Positions 25,832-34,886 of a DNA stretch of 64,000 nucleotides are shown here, piece after piece. The position numbers and the translations under genes were made by a program. The stretch's first letter is position 1; each line of letters starts with the position of its first letter. Below the pieces are notes generated by a model, which saw only the letters and a list, made by a program, of their open reading frames with translations, ran no database searches and was not told where the DNA came from. The DNA is from a virus, in IMG/VR virus record IMGVR_UViG_3300037312_000769, positions 5,059 to 69,058 of that record. One strand, given 5' to 3'.

Positions 25832-27721
25832 TTAATGCTTTTGGCGGGGGTCAAGAAGGCGAACGCTCGCGCCTTCGTGCTTGAAGAAGCCGAGCCATGC
25901 ATTCATGTCGCCGGTGTACTCGGTGATCTTGCGGCCCGCTGCGTCGTGGCGAACGATCGGCACAAGACGGCCGGCGGGCATTACGGACGGGCTTTTCGCA
26001 TAGGCCTGTGCGTCTGCGCGGATTTGCTCTTCGATGGCGGCAAACGAATCGTCGTCGATCGAATCGAAGCGGATCGCCTTGAAGCCCGGACTGTGCTTCT
26101 GATACTTGGCCGCCAAGCGCTTGCGATAAGCGATCGGGCTTTCGCCGTGAAGCGGCGCCGAGGCTTGTTCGCCGAACATCTGCGCGACCGAATCCCACCG
26201 AGCTTGCGCCGCACTGAGTTGATCGCGGTCGCTCACCGAGAGCGGGGTCGTAAGAGACGTGATACGAGCATTCATTGCCTCGATCTTCGCCTTCAGATCG
26301 GCGTTCTCGCGAGCCTGCGCGTCCATGCGGGCAGCGGAGTCGGCGCGCTCCTTGTCTTCGGCTGCCTTGCGGGCCGCCTCTTCGGAGTCCATACGCGCTT
26401 TTTCTTCGGCGTCGTTGCGCTCCTTCAACTCGCGAGCGGCCTTGGCTTCTGCGGTTTCTTCCGCAGCACCCGCTGCTTCAGCAGCAGCGAGATCCGCAGC
26501 CGCAGCAGCCGCGCCCCCAGCATCAGGGCGAAGTTCTGCGGCTTGGGCGGGATCGCCGCCCTTGTTCTCGAGTGCATCCATGCGCGCATTCAATGCCGAG
26601 CATGCTTCATCGAAGCGCTTGCCAAGGGCATCCGCCCAGGCCGGCACCTGTTCTTGCGTTTCGTCCATCGTAGGTTCTCCAGTATTGACTCCGCTGGGCT
26701 CGCCGCCTTTGTCCCACACGCCCTCCTTGCAGATTGCGAGGTGGTCGAGGTAGGACGGCTTGCCTTCCAGAAGGACCGTCTTACCGTCAACTTCGACGGA
26801 GACGGCTGAGCCCGCGTCGCGGAAGACAACCGCGGGACTAGTCGATGCGTGCGTCGTCAACATCAGTTGAGCGGCGTCCGCATCGAGAATCTTCACAACG
26901 CCCCGAACCTCGTCGGCAGTGAGGTAGGGCACAAAAACAGAGCCGATCGAACGGTCGCGGAATTCATCCGTGTCCAGTCGCCCTTTCTTTGGGTGTTCGA
27001 AAATGACAGGCAGGCCGTAGCAGCGCTCGCGGAACTCCTCGGTCAGGAATTCGTCGGGCGTGCGGTATGAGTACTCGTCGAGAGCCGTGCGATAGCTCGT
27101 ACCAACGCCGGTAATCCGTAGATCGAAGAGCCAAATGCCTTCGTACATCTGCGGCGACAAAAGCTCGCGTGCGGCAATGCGCTTGGCGATGTCGAGCTCG
27201 TTGCCTGTAACCAACGCAATCGTCTGCGCGACGGGCGCGAGCATGTTCTCGGGCAGGGCATCGGGCGCGGCCCATTGCCACTCGGTATGCTCGTCGTTGA
27301 GCTTCGGTTCGAAAGGCTTCGGGATGTCCTGTAGAAAGCAGGTGTATTCGCCTTCGCCGCCAGCAATGGGATTGCGTCGCGCCGGCCAGCGGGCGCCATC
27401 CGGGCAGCCGCCGATCTCCTCGATGCACTCCCGTATGGCTGCGTCTTCGGGAGTTTCGTCGCCTTCAGCATGACCGCCCGGCTGTTCCCACTCGCCGGTA
27501 TCGCTGCGTTTGACGAGCAGATAGAGCGGCCCGGGCGCGCGAAAGAGGATGCCTGCGCAGTTTGTGGTCGCTTTCTCGGCGTCTGAGCGGCTCTTGCCGG
27601 CCTCGCTGTATGCGATGGCTTCTGCCTGCTTCGGATCCTTGCCCGCGCGGATTTCGGTCGCAATATTGGCGCTGATCGCCTCACGCGATGAACCGTGTTC
27701 GAGGGGCATGCGGCTTACCAA
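25832..27721 (-). CDS. head protease/scaffold-like protein (Mu gpI/Z position) with an N-terminal NUDIX hydrolase domain
   Basis: Perfect Nudix box GGHAEGDETPEDAAIRECIEEIGG (Gx5Ex7REUxEExGU). A central conserved domain and a long Ala/Glu/Lys-rich coiled coil typical of scaffolds. Confidence 0.6.
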   Translation of the reverse strand: MVSRMPLEHGSSREAISANIATEIRAGKDPKQAEAIAYSEAGKSRSDAEKATTNCAGILFRAPGPLYLLVKRSDTGEWEQPGGHAEGDETPEDAAIRECIEEIGGCPDGARWPARRNPIAGGEGEYTCFLQDIPKPFEPKLNDEHTEWQWAAPDALPENMLAPVAQTIALVTGNELDIAKRIAARELLSPQMYEGIWLFDLRITGVGTSYRTALDEYSYRTPDEFLTEEFRERCYGLPVIFEHPKKGRLDTDEFRDRSIGSVFVPYLTADEVRGVVKILDADAAQLMLTTHASTSPAVVFRDAGSAVSVEVDGKTVLLEGKPSYLDHLAICKEGVWDKGGEPSGVNTGEPTMDETQEQVPAWADALGKRFDEACSALNARMDALENKGGDPAQAAELRPDAGGAAAAAADLAAAEAAGAAEETAEAKAARELKERNDAEEKARMDSEEAARKAAEDKERADSAARMDAQARENADLKAKIEAMNARITSLTTPLSVSDRDQLSAAQARWDSVAQMFGEQASAPLHGESPIAYRKRLAAKYQKHSPGFKAIRFDSIDDDSFAAIEEQIRADAQAYAKSPSVMPAGRLVPIVRHDAAGRKITEYTGDMNAWLGFFKHEGASVRLLDPRQKH

Positions 27722-27747
27722 AAGAAAAAGCCACCGCGGAGGGTGGC
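27719..27747 (-). terminator. intrinsic terminator/attenuator between the MuF-like and scaffold genes
   Basis: Hairpin gccaccctccgcggtggc plus TTTTTCTTTT on the minus strand. Confidence 0.45.
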
Positions 27748-27767
27748 TTGAATGAATGATGGCGTTG

Positions 27768-28607
27768 TTAGGCGGTTGCCTTGCGTTTCAATCGAGTCTC
27801 TTCGAGCAGATACTTGCCCTTCTGGGTGAGCATCGATTCCGGCAGTTCTCGCAGGGCGTTGAGCCACACGAACCAGCATTGGCAAAAGACTTCCTCGGCC
27901 GGTTGCGTGATCTCGTCCGTGTATCCCGCCGCACCGCGCTTGACCAAGCCCTGCTGGTGAGCCCACGAGTCGCGCACGAGATAGATCAGCCCATCTCGCT
28001 CTTTATGGTCGGGCCGGTAGTCGTAACCGGGCCGGCGGTAGTGGCTGCGCCAAGTCGCGGCGATCGCGCCGGTCTGCTGAGCCACTACGCCATTGATTGC
28101 GGAAACGAGCTTTGCGCCCTGGTCTATCTGGCAACGCCGCGCCTCATACTTCACTTGCTGGATCGGCTTGGCGATGTGCTCTTTGACGTCTATCTTCTCA
28201 ACGACACGCGAACCACCTTCAGGAATAGACGTTGCCCATCCCGCCGCACGCTGGAGCATCTTCTCGACCGCTTGTTCGCGGTTGAGTTTGATCAAATTAG
28301 CGGCGGCAAGAATCTTGCGATCCAATTCTGCCCGGGCGAATGGCTTCAATCGCTCGATCGTGAACCGCGGCACGCCAGGGTGATACTTCAGCATCGACGA
28401 TTTCGAGAACGTCCGGTCAAAGACGGCCTGCATCGCCAGTTGCATCCGACTCTTGATTTCCTCGGGCGTCGGCAAATCGGCCATCGCAGCGAATCGCAAC
28501 TTGCGCAACCAATCATCCAGCCGCGCGGGATCGTCGTAACCGTGCTCAGTCAGGTCGCGCACCGCAGCCGTCAGAACCTCCTGAAAAGTCTGGGTGCGTG
28601 CGTTCAT
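27768..28607 (-). CDS. minor head protein, Mu F / SPP1 gp7-like morphogenesis protein
   Basis: 279 aa, immediately after the portal with a 4-bp overlap, in the typical MuF position. Confidence 0.5.
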   Translation of the reverse strand: MNARTQTFQEVLTAAVRDLTEHGYDDPARLDDWLRKLRFAAMADLPTPEEIKSRMQLAMQAVFDRTFSKSSMLKYHPGVPRFTIERLKPFARAELDRKILAAANLIKLNREQAVEKMLQRAAGWATSIPEGGSRVVEKIDVKEHIAKPIQQVKYEARRCQIDQGAKLVSAINGVVAQQTGAIAATWRSHYRRPGYDYRPDHKERDGLIYLVRDSWAHQQGLVKRGAAGYTDEITQPAEEVFCQCWFVWLNALRELPESMLTQKGKYLLEETRLKRKATA

Positions 28608-30064
28608 TCGTGGCTGCTTTCGACGACGGGCTTGGGTTCTTCGGGCGGACTAGGAGGAACGTAAGAGGCGAGTGCATCCTCGTCCAACTCGAGCGGTTTC
28701 GAGAAAAGCTTCTTCCGTTCGTTCGCGATTTCAGCCAGCCAGATCGTCGCTTTTGCCTTGTTGACCGGGTCAAGTTGCGGCGAGGCGACCTCATACAAGG
28801 CGATAGCCGACTTCATCACCGTGTCGTCGACCTTCACGAGCTCGCTATCGGGTTCGACTAGCAGGTTCGGCCATGTCGCCGTAAAGGCGTTCTTCCATTC
28901 ATAGAAGGCCGTCTCGTAGGGGACCTTCAGATACTCGGCGTACTTGCGCTGGATGATCTTGTAGAACCCTGGGCTCCAGGCCCTCCGCATTACGATCTCA
29001 TCCATGAACCGGTAGTCCGGCTGCATTTCCACGCGCATGCGGCCGATGAAGCGGGCAATAATCTTCGCGTCTTCAGTGCCCTCGCCAAATCCTTCCGTCA
29101 GCGTTTCCTGATAGAGCATTGCCGCCGGAAACTTCGCCGCGGTCGCGATGTTCTTAATGCAGTTGTTCCGAGAGAACTCGGCAGCATCGCGAAGGTTCTT
29201 TAGGTCGACGGATTCGATCGATTCGTCAATCCCCATTGAGATGACGTTACCGGTCTTAGCGCCCTTGATCGCTTGGCGCTTGAACCCGAACCATGTGCGC
29301 GCGCGCTGATCGATGACCGAGCCGGGTGCCTTCATCTTGGCGACCAACAGAGCAGCCTTCTCGGCCACCGCCTGATCGGTAATCATCGTCTGAACGTAGG
29401 TCTTCAGCGGGAAGAGTGCCCGCTGGTAGACCGACCGGCCGACAAAGCCGAATGCGCTATTCGTCCATTCGATGTAGATCGGCGACTCGTTGAGCGCGAT
29501 CACAGCACGGGATGAGTGGTAATCCTTGCCCGCCACACGAATGTATTGTGGCTTCTGAAAATCTGGCGCGTTCGGGTCCTGGTTCATCACGAGGGAACCT
29601 GCCGTATTCAGCGGGTCCCACGTATTGAAGTACAACTCCATCTCGTGGAGGCGGTCGTAGGGAAGCGGCTCATTCGTCGGGAACTCGTCGCCGTTGGGCA
29701 TGCGCCCACCCACGCCCAACGAGGCGATTCCGTAGACGCGCTTGAGCGTTTGATGCCCCTTGATAATCTCGTCGGCACCCGTCATACCGATCGCCATCCA
29801 CTCTCGATTAAACGCCTCGACGAGATCGTCTTCCGGGCTATCCGGAATAGTGATCACGCGTTCCTGGCTTTGGGCCTCCTCGATCGGAGCCTCGGCCATC
29901 TTCGCGCCGAGCGGATGAGCGACATACAGCGTCTTTGCCAGTTCGTACGAAGGCATTGCCCCCGGCACGATATCGTCGGCCATGAGGATCTGCATGAGCG
30001 ACGACGGAATGCTGGCGCCGGTGCCGATTGTTGCTGCGCCGCCGTCAGAATTGAGATCGCTCAT
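28604..30064 (-). CDS. portal protein
   Basis: 486 aa following the large terminase and GIY-YIG genes, with portal-like size and an acidic C-terminal tail. Confidence 0.7.
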   Translation of the reverse strand: MSDLNSDGGAATIGTGASIPSSLMQILMADDIVPGAMPSYELAKTLYVAHPLGAKMAEAPIEEAQSQERVITIPDSPEDDLVEAFNREWMAIGMTGADEIIKGHQTLKRVYGIASLGVGGRMPNGDEFPTNEPLPYDRLHEMELYFNTWDPLNTAGSLVMNQDPNAPDFQKPQYIRVAGKDYHSSRAVIALNESPIYIEWTNSAFGFVGRSVYQRALFPLKTYVQTMITDQAVAEKAALLVAKMKAPGSVIDQRARTWFGFKRQAIKGAKTGNVISMGIDESIESVDLKNLRDAAEFSRNNCIKNIATAAKFPAAMLYQETLTEGFGEGTEDAKIIARFIGRMRVEMQPDYRFMDEIVMRRAWSPGFYKIIQRKYAEYLKVPYETAFYEWKNAFTATWPNLLVEPDSELVKVDDTVMKSAIALYEVASPQLDPVNKAKATIWLAEIANERKKLFSKPLELDEDALASYVPPSPPEEPKPVVESSHE

Positions 30065-30486
30065 TGTGCTGGTTTCATTTGTTCGGCGGCTTTATCCAAA
30101 ATCTCGATAGCGAAGTCTGCGCCCAATCTTTTCACTGCTGCGGCAAACTTTCGACGCTTTTCTCTCGAATCTGGTCCATCGCTGTTGTATCCATTTCTCT
30201 CGGCGTCGTATTGAGCGATGAGAATTTGCTCAAGTTCGTTCAGATCGCCTTTTCGCCAGGCACACGCGATTCCCTCGCACTTGAAAGCCGACTCACCATG
30301 CTCTCGTATTGCAGCGTAAAGCTTGGAACTCATAGAGCCGCGACGCGCAGATCCAAGGTGCTCGCGCCACCGCTGAGAAACATGAAACTTCCATGTCTGC
30401 CCGATATATACACGACCAACTTCGGGCGACGAAACCAGATAAACGATGCCGAACCTATGCGGGCGGGAGGCGGGGTAGTTCGTCAC
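30061..30486 (-). CDS. GIY-YIG family endonuclease (homing-endonuclease-like insertion)
   Basis: GIVYLV...GRVYIGQT GIY-YIG motif. Inserted between the TerL and portal genes, overlapping the portal start by 4 bp. Confidence 0.7.
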   Translation of the reverse strand: MTNYPASRPHRFGIVYLVSSPEVGRVYIGQTWKFHVSQRWREHLGSARRGSMSSKLYAAIREHGESAFKCEGIACAWRKGDLNELEQILIAQYDAERNGYNSDGPDSREKRRKFAAAVKRLGADFAIEILDKAAEQMKPAQ

Positions 30487-30510
30487 GTTTACATTTGAGG
30501 ATAGATTTCG

Positions 30511-31785
30511 TCACCAACCGTCGCTGTCGCCTAGCGCTATAGCCACGCCGTAAGTGAAGGTGTCGAGCAAATCGTATGTGTGCGGCGTTTTAGTTCCGAT
30601 GCGGAAGCCACAAACCTGCGACAGCGCGTGATTGCGCGTTTGGCCCTTGAAATTGACTGTCTTGTCGTGAGCGAAACGACTGAACTTCACGTCGCCGCGA
30701 TGGACGTAGCCAGAGACGGATAGGGCGCGCCCTTCCTTTCCAAGATCAACTAGCTTCCCGTCGATTGGGTAGGTCGGCAATCCGCGCTGCGCCGCTTGTT
30801 GGAGCAACACAATGCCGCTCGCTTTGTCCTCAATCCAGATGCCGACGTTGCCTTGTCTCGCACCCACTTCAGCCGAAAGTTGCTCGAGCCGTTGATTGAC
30901 GGTTGGAAGCCATTGCTCCAGCAGCGCGCCTTCGATTTGAATCAAATCCCAATCCAATAGGATTAGCGGGTGGCCGGCGATCTTATTGCGTGCCCAGTAC
31001 ATCACGGCCGTGCCATCGTGCTCCAGTCCATCCTTGAGTGCCGAGTCGACAGTGGCGAACACCTGATCGCAGCGCGCCGGGTATTCGACTGGCTGGCCAT
31101 CGACCAGCATCGACAGCTCAGAAAAGAACGCCGAACCGCGCCAGTCAACGAAATCCGCTAGATATTCCTGCTGATAAACGAGCGGCGGATAGTCGTGAAT
31201 CAGCTTAGCGACAGCTTCCGGGTCTAGCTTCGGATTCGCTGCAGTCGGGGCGTGAAATTCAACCCAGCCTAGTTTCTTGTCGGTGCAAGCCTGGTAGAAG
31301 AAATTTTCTTCGTCTATTCCCTTGGGCGTGCCCGCGATGATCGCCTTTCCCTGACGGTCGAGCAGAGTAGGTGCGATTGCCTGTTCCCAGGTCTCCCGCA
31401 GGCCCTTCTTAACCAGGGATCCTTCGTCTATGACGACGCGATCGTAGAAACGAGAACGCCCCGCGTCCTCATCCTGCAGCGTCCAAAACTCGATGCAGCC
31501 GTCTTTGCGCGTCTCGATGACCTGATCGATCTTGGACTTAGAGACGACGACCGGCTGAACCGTGCGCAAAATGCGCTTATAGGTCGGCAGGTTGAGCTTA
31601 TAGGTCGGTCCGAACCATCCTACCCGCAAACCCTGATATGCCCATTTCGAGACGCACCGCTCGAGCAATGTCGTCTTCCCGAAGCGGCGCCCGCATCGAA
31701 TGATGACCCGCGGATGCTCGTTGAACGCTTGCCCGATTTCAACCTGCTTGGCATGAAGCTCCTGAAGCTTGACGGATTGCTTCAT
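30511..31785 (-). CDS. terminase large subunit
   Basis: Walker A CGRRFGKTT, a C-terminal nuclease-like region, and 424-aa size. Confidence 0.8.
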   Translation of the reverse strand: MKQSVKLQELHAKQVEIGQAFNEHPRVIIRCGRRFGKTTLLERCVSKWAYQGLRVGWFGPTYKLNLPTYKRILRTVQPVVVSKSKIDQVIETRKDGCIEFWTLQDEDAGRSRFYDRVVIDEGSLVKKGLRETWEQAIAPTLLDRQGKAIIAGTPKGIDEENFFYQACTDKKLGWVEFHAPTAANPKLDPEAVAKLIHDYPPLVYQQEYLADFVDWRGSAFFSELSMLVDGQPVEYPARCDQVFATVDSALKDGLEHDGTAVMYWARNKIAGHPLILLDWDLIQIEGALLEQWLPTVNQRLEQLSAEVGARQGNVGIWIEDKASGIVLLQQAAQRGLPTYPIDGKLVDLGKEGRALSVSGYVHRGDVKFSRFAHDKTVNFKGQTRNHALSQVCGFRIGTKTPHTYDLLDTFTYGVAIALGDSDGW

Positions 31786-32300
31786 ACGTCGGGATTCGGG
31801 TCTACAAGCGGCGGCGGTTCCTCGGGGTTGGCGAAAACCTCTTTGTTCGCCCTGACGAGATTCAATCCGATCTCGCTTGCCTCATTCGACATGCGGGTGA
31901 GGACGGCGATGTCCTTTAGCGCCTCGCGGCTCGCCTCGGTTAGCGGAGCCGCGTCGTCAATCTCCGCGACTTTCATGTTCGCTATACCAGCGAGACGATG
32001 AGAAGTGGCCGCGTTGTAGGCGGCGGCCGAACTCAAATGGCCGAGCGTATTGGTGAGGTTGCGGAGTATCGAAACAGTATCGAATTGTTCCGAAACAGAA
32101 AGCTTCCGAAACGAAACTTCCGCCGCAACTATTTGTTTTGCAACGTCTTTTACCGCACTGGCGCGTTTCGAAACGTTCTCGCTGATACGGGTTTTTGAGA
32201 CTCCGTATTCGCGTGCTAGGTCGGCCGCCTTCTCGCCATTTAGTAACCGGCGCCGGATCTCATCCCATTGCGCCTCGGTCAGTTTCGAGGGTCGTCCCAT
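31782..32300 (-). CDS. terminase small subunit
   Basis: 172 aa with N-terminal HTH (KLTEAQWDEIRRRLLNGEKAADLAREYGVSKTRISE). 4-bp overlap with TerL. Confidence 0.55.
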   Translation of the reverse strand: MGRPSKLTEAQWDEIRRRLLNGEKAADLAREYGVSKTRISENVSKRASAVKDVAKQIVAAEVSFRKLSVSEQFDTVSILRNLTNTLGHLSSAAAYNAATSHRLAGIANMKVAEIDDAAPLTEASREALKDIAVLTRMSNEASEIGLNLVRANKEVFANPEEPPPLVDPNPDV

Positions 32301-32496
32301 ATCGTTTCATGGGCCAGCGCCCTAAAAGGTGAGGCCGTCCACACCGGGCACTTACGTCCGAGACCATACGACCCCGAAACGGGCAAGGATTTATGTGGCC
32401 AGCCTCATAAAGAATTGGTGCCGCCCACCATGGCGGCAGCCAGGCCCGTTGCAGGCCAGGCGGGAGACACGGCGAAGAACTCGCTGCGGCGGGAAA

Positions 32497-32583
32497 CTGG
32501 TGGATGGTTTCGGATTCGAACCGACAAGGCCGCGGCAACGGATTTACAGTCCGCCCTCGATACCAATTACGAGACTACCCATC
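32497..32583 (-). tRNA. tRNA-Tyr(GTA)-like, class II with long variable arm; non-canonical 7:66 and 49:65 pairs
   Basis: Reverse complement gives GGATGGG...CTGTAAA anticodon loop...GGTTCGAATCC T-loop...CCATCC-A-CCA (87 nt). Two G-A mismatches at the stem junctions. Confidence 0.55.
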
Positions 32584-32642
32584 CGGAAAACAAAGCGCCC
32601 GATGATCTGGGCGAATCCTGCGCATAAACGCCGGAGGAGACA

Positions 32643-32718
32643 CTGGAGCGGACTGCCGGCATCGAACCGGCGACCTTGTGCTTGGAAGGCACTCGCTCTG
32701 CCATCTGAGCTAAGTCCG
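32643..32718 (-). tRNA. tRNA-Gly(TCC)
   Basis: Perfect 7-bp acceptor stem GCGGACT/AGTCCGC, TAGCTCAGATGG D-arm, CTTCCAA anticodon loop, GGTTCGATGCC T-loop, discriminator U and encoded CCA. 76 nt. Confidence 0.8.
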
Positions 32719-32769
32719 CGTATTGCTGAGAGTGGCCGGTGCTGATCTCCGACATCACGGTTTTCTGCT

Positions 32770-32805
32770 TTGGTGGTCGTAGGGTACGGAATCGAACCGT
32801 CAATC
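32770..32805 (-). other. tRNA 3'-half-like fragment (T-arm plus acceptor 3' strand plus CCA) with no matching 5' half
   Basis: Reverse complement reads ...GACGGTTCGATTCCGTACCCTACGACCACCA. No complementary acceptor 5' strand within about 100 nt. Confidence 0.35.
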
Positions 32806-33381
32806 AGCCGTTAAGCAAACCCACCACGCCTTGCTGCACCTCGCACCAGCAGTTCGCGCATCAGCCTGCGCATTCACCCTCATGCATGGCGGATGGTGCT
32901 GCTATCTCCATCCCACTGGGGTTTTAGCCCCACGCTCTCTCAGCCTCTGAGCTACGCCATGTATAAAAGGGCTGGTTACGCCAGCCAGACGGCCGATTAT
33001 TCCTTCGGCGTCGTGTCCGCCCCAGTGAGTCGAGCGGCCCAGCCACTTCTTCCTCTCCAGTGCGTCATGACGCAAAGCTAGCGGGGTCTCACACTTGGCG
33101 GGCAGCGGCGGAATCGAATCACACCCGGAGCGGATTTGGAATCCGTCCTGCGCCCTGCGCTACCACCCAAACCACAACACTCAGCCGCGGCGCCTCCCGG
33201 CGAGCGACTTATGCTAAATGTTGGGGTTTGGGGTGCCTCGTTTCGTGAGGCGATCGGCCGCGCAGCGCTACGCGAGCACCAGTCCATCAATCACCGGACT
33301 TTCACCGGCACCGCAGCGATGTACTGCGCGTCGCTCAAGCCTCGACGCTTCCTCTTTGCCCGGTCTCTGCTCCCGGTATGT

Positions 33382-33651
33382 TCAGTGCCACGTTCCAAAT
33401 AGAGCTTGTGCGCCCTCTGAGGGCGTCAGACCAGCACGACAGTATTCGTGCATGCGAGGGTACATTTCCTCACTTGGTCGCCAAGGCGGTACAATCCAGC
33501 CCTCCGCGACCGCACAATCGAACGCCGATCGCGTCCATTCCGCGAGTATGGCCTGCTCACGATCGGATAGATCGTTCATGGCGCCTCGACTGCGAATTTC
33601 GTGAACTCCATCGCCAATTCGACAGCGCGATCCGTTACCTTGTCGTGCCAT
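33382..33651 (-). CDS. hypothetical small protein
   Basis: ORF in the cluster of small genes between the late regulator and the tRNAs. Confidence 0.3.
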   Translation of the reverse strand: MARQGNGSRCRIGDGVHEIRSRGAMNDLSDREQAILAEWTRSAFDCAVAEGWIVPPWRPSEEMYPRMHEYCRAGLTPSEGAQALFGTWH

Positions 33652-33764
33652 TCTTGGGAGTAGCCCTCGCCTCCAACGCTCCCCAGATACCGCGCTAGAG
33701 CCGCCTGAAAGCCTTCGCTATCGAACGCGACCGCGATCTTTACCTCGCAGACCGGCGAATTCAT
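33576..33764 (-). CDS. hypothetical small protein
   Basis: 62-aa ORF with a 4-bp overlap upstream. Confidence 0.3.
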   Translation of the reverse strand: MNSPVCEVKIAVAFDSEGFQAALARYLGSVGGEGYSQEWHDKVTDRAVELAMEFTKFAVEAP

Positions 33765-33970
33765 GGCATTTCCTCGAATAGCGCTTCCGCCTGCTTACGA
33801 GCCTCGCTCCATTCCCCGTCTCGACGCGCTTTGACGATCGGCGCAGGACGTTTCGCCGGGGCCTGCATCGCCTCTTTCCTCGCCCGATTGGCCGCTTCCG
33901 CTTGCCGAGCAGCGCATACCTCCATCGGATCGCCGTACATGCGAGATTCGAGAGGTTCGGGGAATTTCAT
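33761..33970 (-). CDS. hypothetical small basic protein
   Basis: 69-aa ORF. Confidence 0.3.
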   Translation of the reverse strand: MKFPEPLESRMYGDPMEVCAARQAEAANRARKEAMQAPAKRPAPIVKARRDGEWSEARKQAEALFEEMP

Positions 33971-34061
33971 GGCGGCTTTAAACGAAAAAGCCCCGCCGGG
34001 CTAGGGCAGGGCTTCGTAGGGGCAACAATTCACATTTGCAGAAATGGTACCTTTTTCGGCC

Positions 34062-34529
34062 CTAAGTGGAAACCGCTGTTTCATCAACCATTCTGGTTTC
34101 CATTCTCTTGCATAGTTGTTCGAACCTCTCGTCGGGCAAACCGTACACCATGCGATGGTAGTAAGCGTAGGTGTCTGCCCGCACTTTCCGGAGCGCCTTG
34201 TAGAAGCCCTGCGTCGATATATCCATTTCTGCGGCCACTAGCTTGATCGGTCTCAATTGGTGGACGTAGAAATAATACATCGCGAGCTTACCGGTGCTCT
34301 CGGGTTGAGCGAGCAAGGAAAGATTGAAATAGCTCAAATCTGCCGACAAGATGCTATCTGGCGCTTCGCCGCCGCCGATATGCCCCGCCATACGCACGAG
34401 GATGTTCTTGGGAATGGGCGGCGCGAATAGGCGGCGCGAACGATGCCATTGCCCCCAGTCCACGCACCAAAGGTGCAACGCTTGGTTTTCATTCTGCGAC
34501 TCCATCCCACTTTCGTTCGCTGTGCTCAT
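34062..34529 (-). CDS. putative late-gene regulator (Q-like antiterminator/activator position) with C-terminal HTH
   Basis: 155 aa, the last gene before the late region. HTH-like segment LVAAEMDISTQGFYKALRKV. Confidence 0.35.
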   Translation of the reverse strand: MSTANESGMESQNENQALHLWCVDWGQWHRSRRLFAPPIPKNILVRMAGHIGGGEAPDSILSADLSYFNLSLLAQPESTGKLAMYYFYVHQLRPIKLVAAEMDISTQGFYKALRKVRADTYAYYHRMVYGLPDERFEQLCKRMETRMVDETAVST

Positions 34530-34577
34530 GCAAACCTCGCGTGAATTTCCGTAAATTATATAAGTTGGGACTACTAA

Positions 34578-34886
34578 TTACTCATCTTCCAGGCCGGTGA
34601 TTCCTAAAAATCTGTACTCGACGCGCCCCGGTTCCGGCTGCTTGCTTTCATCGTCGCGCGCTATATCCCAAAAGGTTGCGTCGGGCGTTGGAACAGATAG
34701 GGTCCGCATGCGGTCGTCGCTCATGCGCCGCTTAATTTCTTCAGCGCTTGCGATGCGAAAGCCGGCGCGCTCATCAAGCATCTGCCCTTTGGCGATAGGA
34801 ATTTGAGGTGCGCTTGCTCCCCGCACGATCATGATTGCAACGGTCGCGGTCAGAAAGATGCCAGCGAAAAAGGCTAGGGCGATCAT
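34578..34886 (-). CDS. small single-TM membrane protein
   Basis: Internal ATG (MIALAFFAGIFLTATVAIMIV...) overlapping the stop of the upstream gene by 4 bp. The long ORF's N-terminus is an antisense-frame artefact. Confidence 0.45.
   Translation of the reverse strand: MIALAFFAGIFLTATVAIMIVRGASAPQIPIAKGQMLDERAGFRIASAEEIKRRMSDDRMRTLSVPTPDATFWDIARDDESKQPEPGRVEYRFLGITGLEDE

Noticed and set aside
24180-25835. A 551-aa plus-strand ORF, plus many other long Arg/Gly-rich ORFs antisense to structural genes (e.g. 19598-20437, 20663-21706, 17259-18215, 41654-43378).
   Set aside because: These are typical high-GC antisense-frame artefacts. They have Arg/Pro/Gly-rich low-complexity translations, sit opposite well-supported genes, and lack an RBS or operon context.
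32884-32960. A 77-nt cloverleaf-like element (7-bp acceptor CATGGCG/CGCCATG, TAGCTCAG-like D-arm, TGGGG/CCCCA anticodon stem).
   Set aside because: The anticodon loop is only 6 nt (CTAAAA). The T-loop is 11 nt and lacks the GTTCRA consensus. There is no CCA or discriminator context. It is probably fortuitous secondary structure, or a heavily decayed tRNA at most.
32770-33175. A possible tmRNA (ssrA) gene spanning the T-arm/ACCA fragment at 32770 and the tRNA-like sequence near 33100-33170.
   Set aside because: The putative 5' and 3' ends cannot pair into an acceptor stem. No tag-peptide reading frame with an ALAA-type end followed by pseudoknots is evident. The GCTTAA near the 3' end is adjacent to the T-arm, which is wrong for either standard or permuted tmRNA.
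33975-34012. A possible intrinsic terminator between 33761-33970 and the Q-like gene.
   Set aside because: The GC-rich stem (gccccgccgggctagggcagggc) is imperfect and is not followed by a convincing U-tract on the coding strand.
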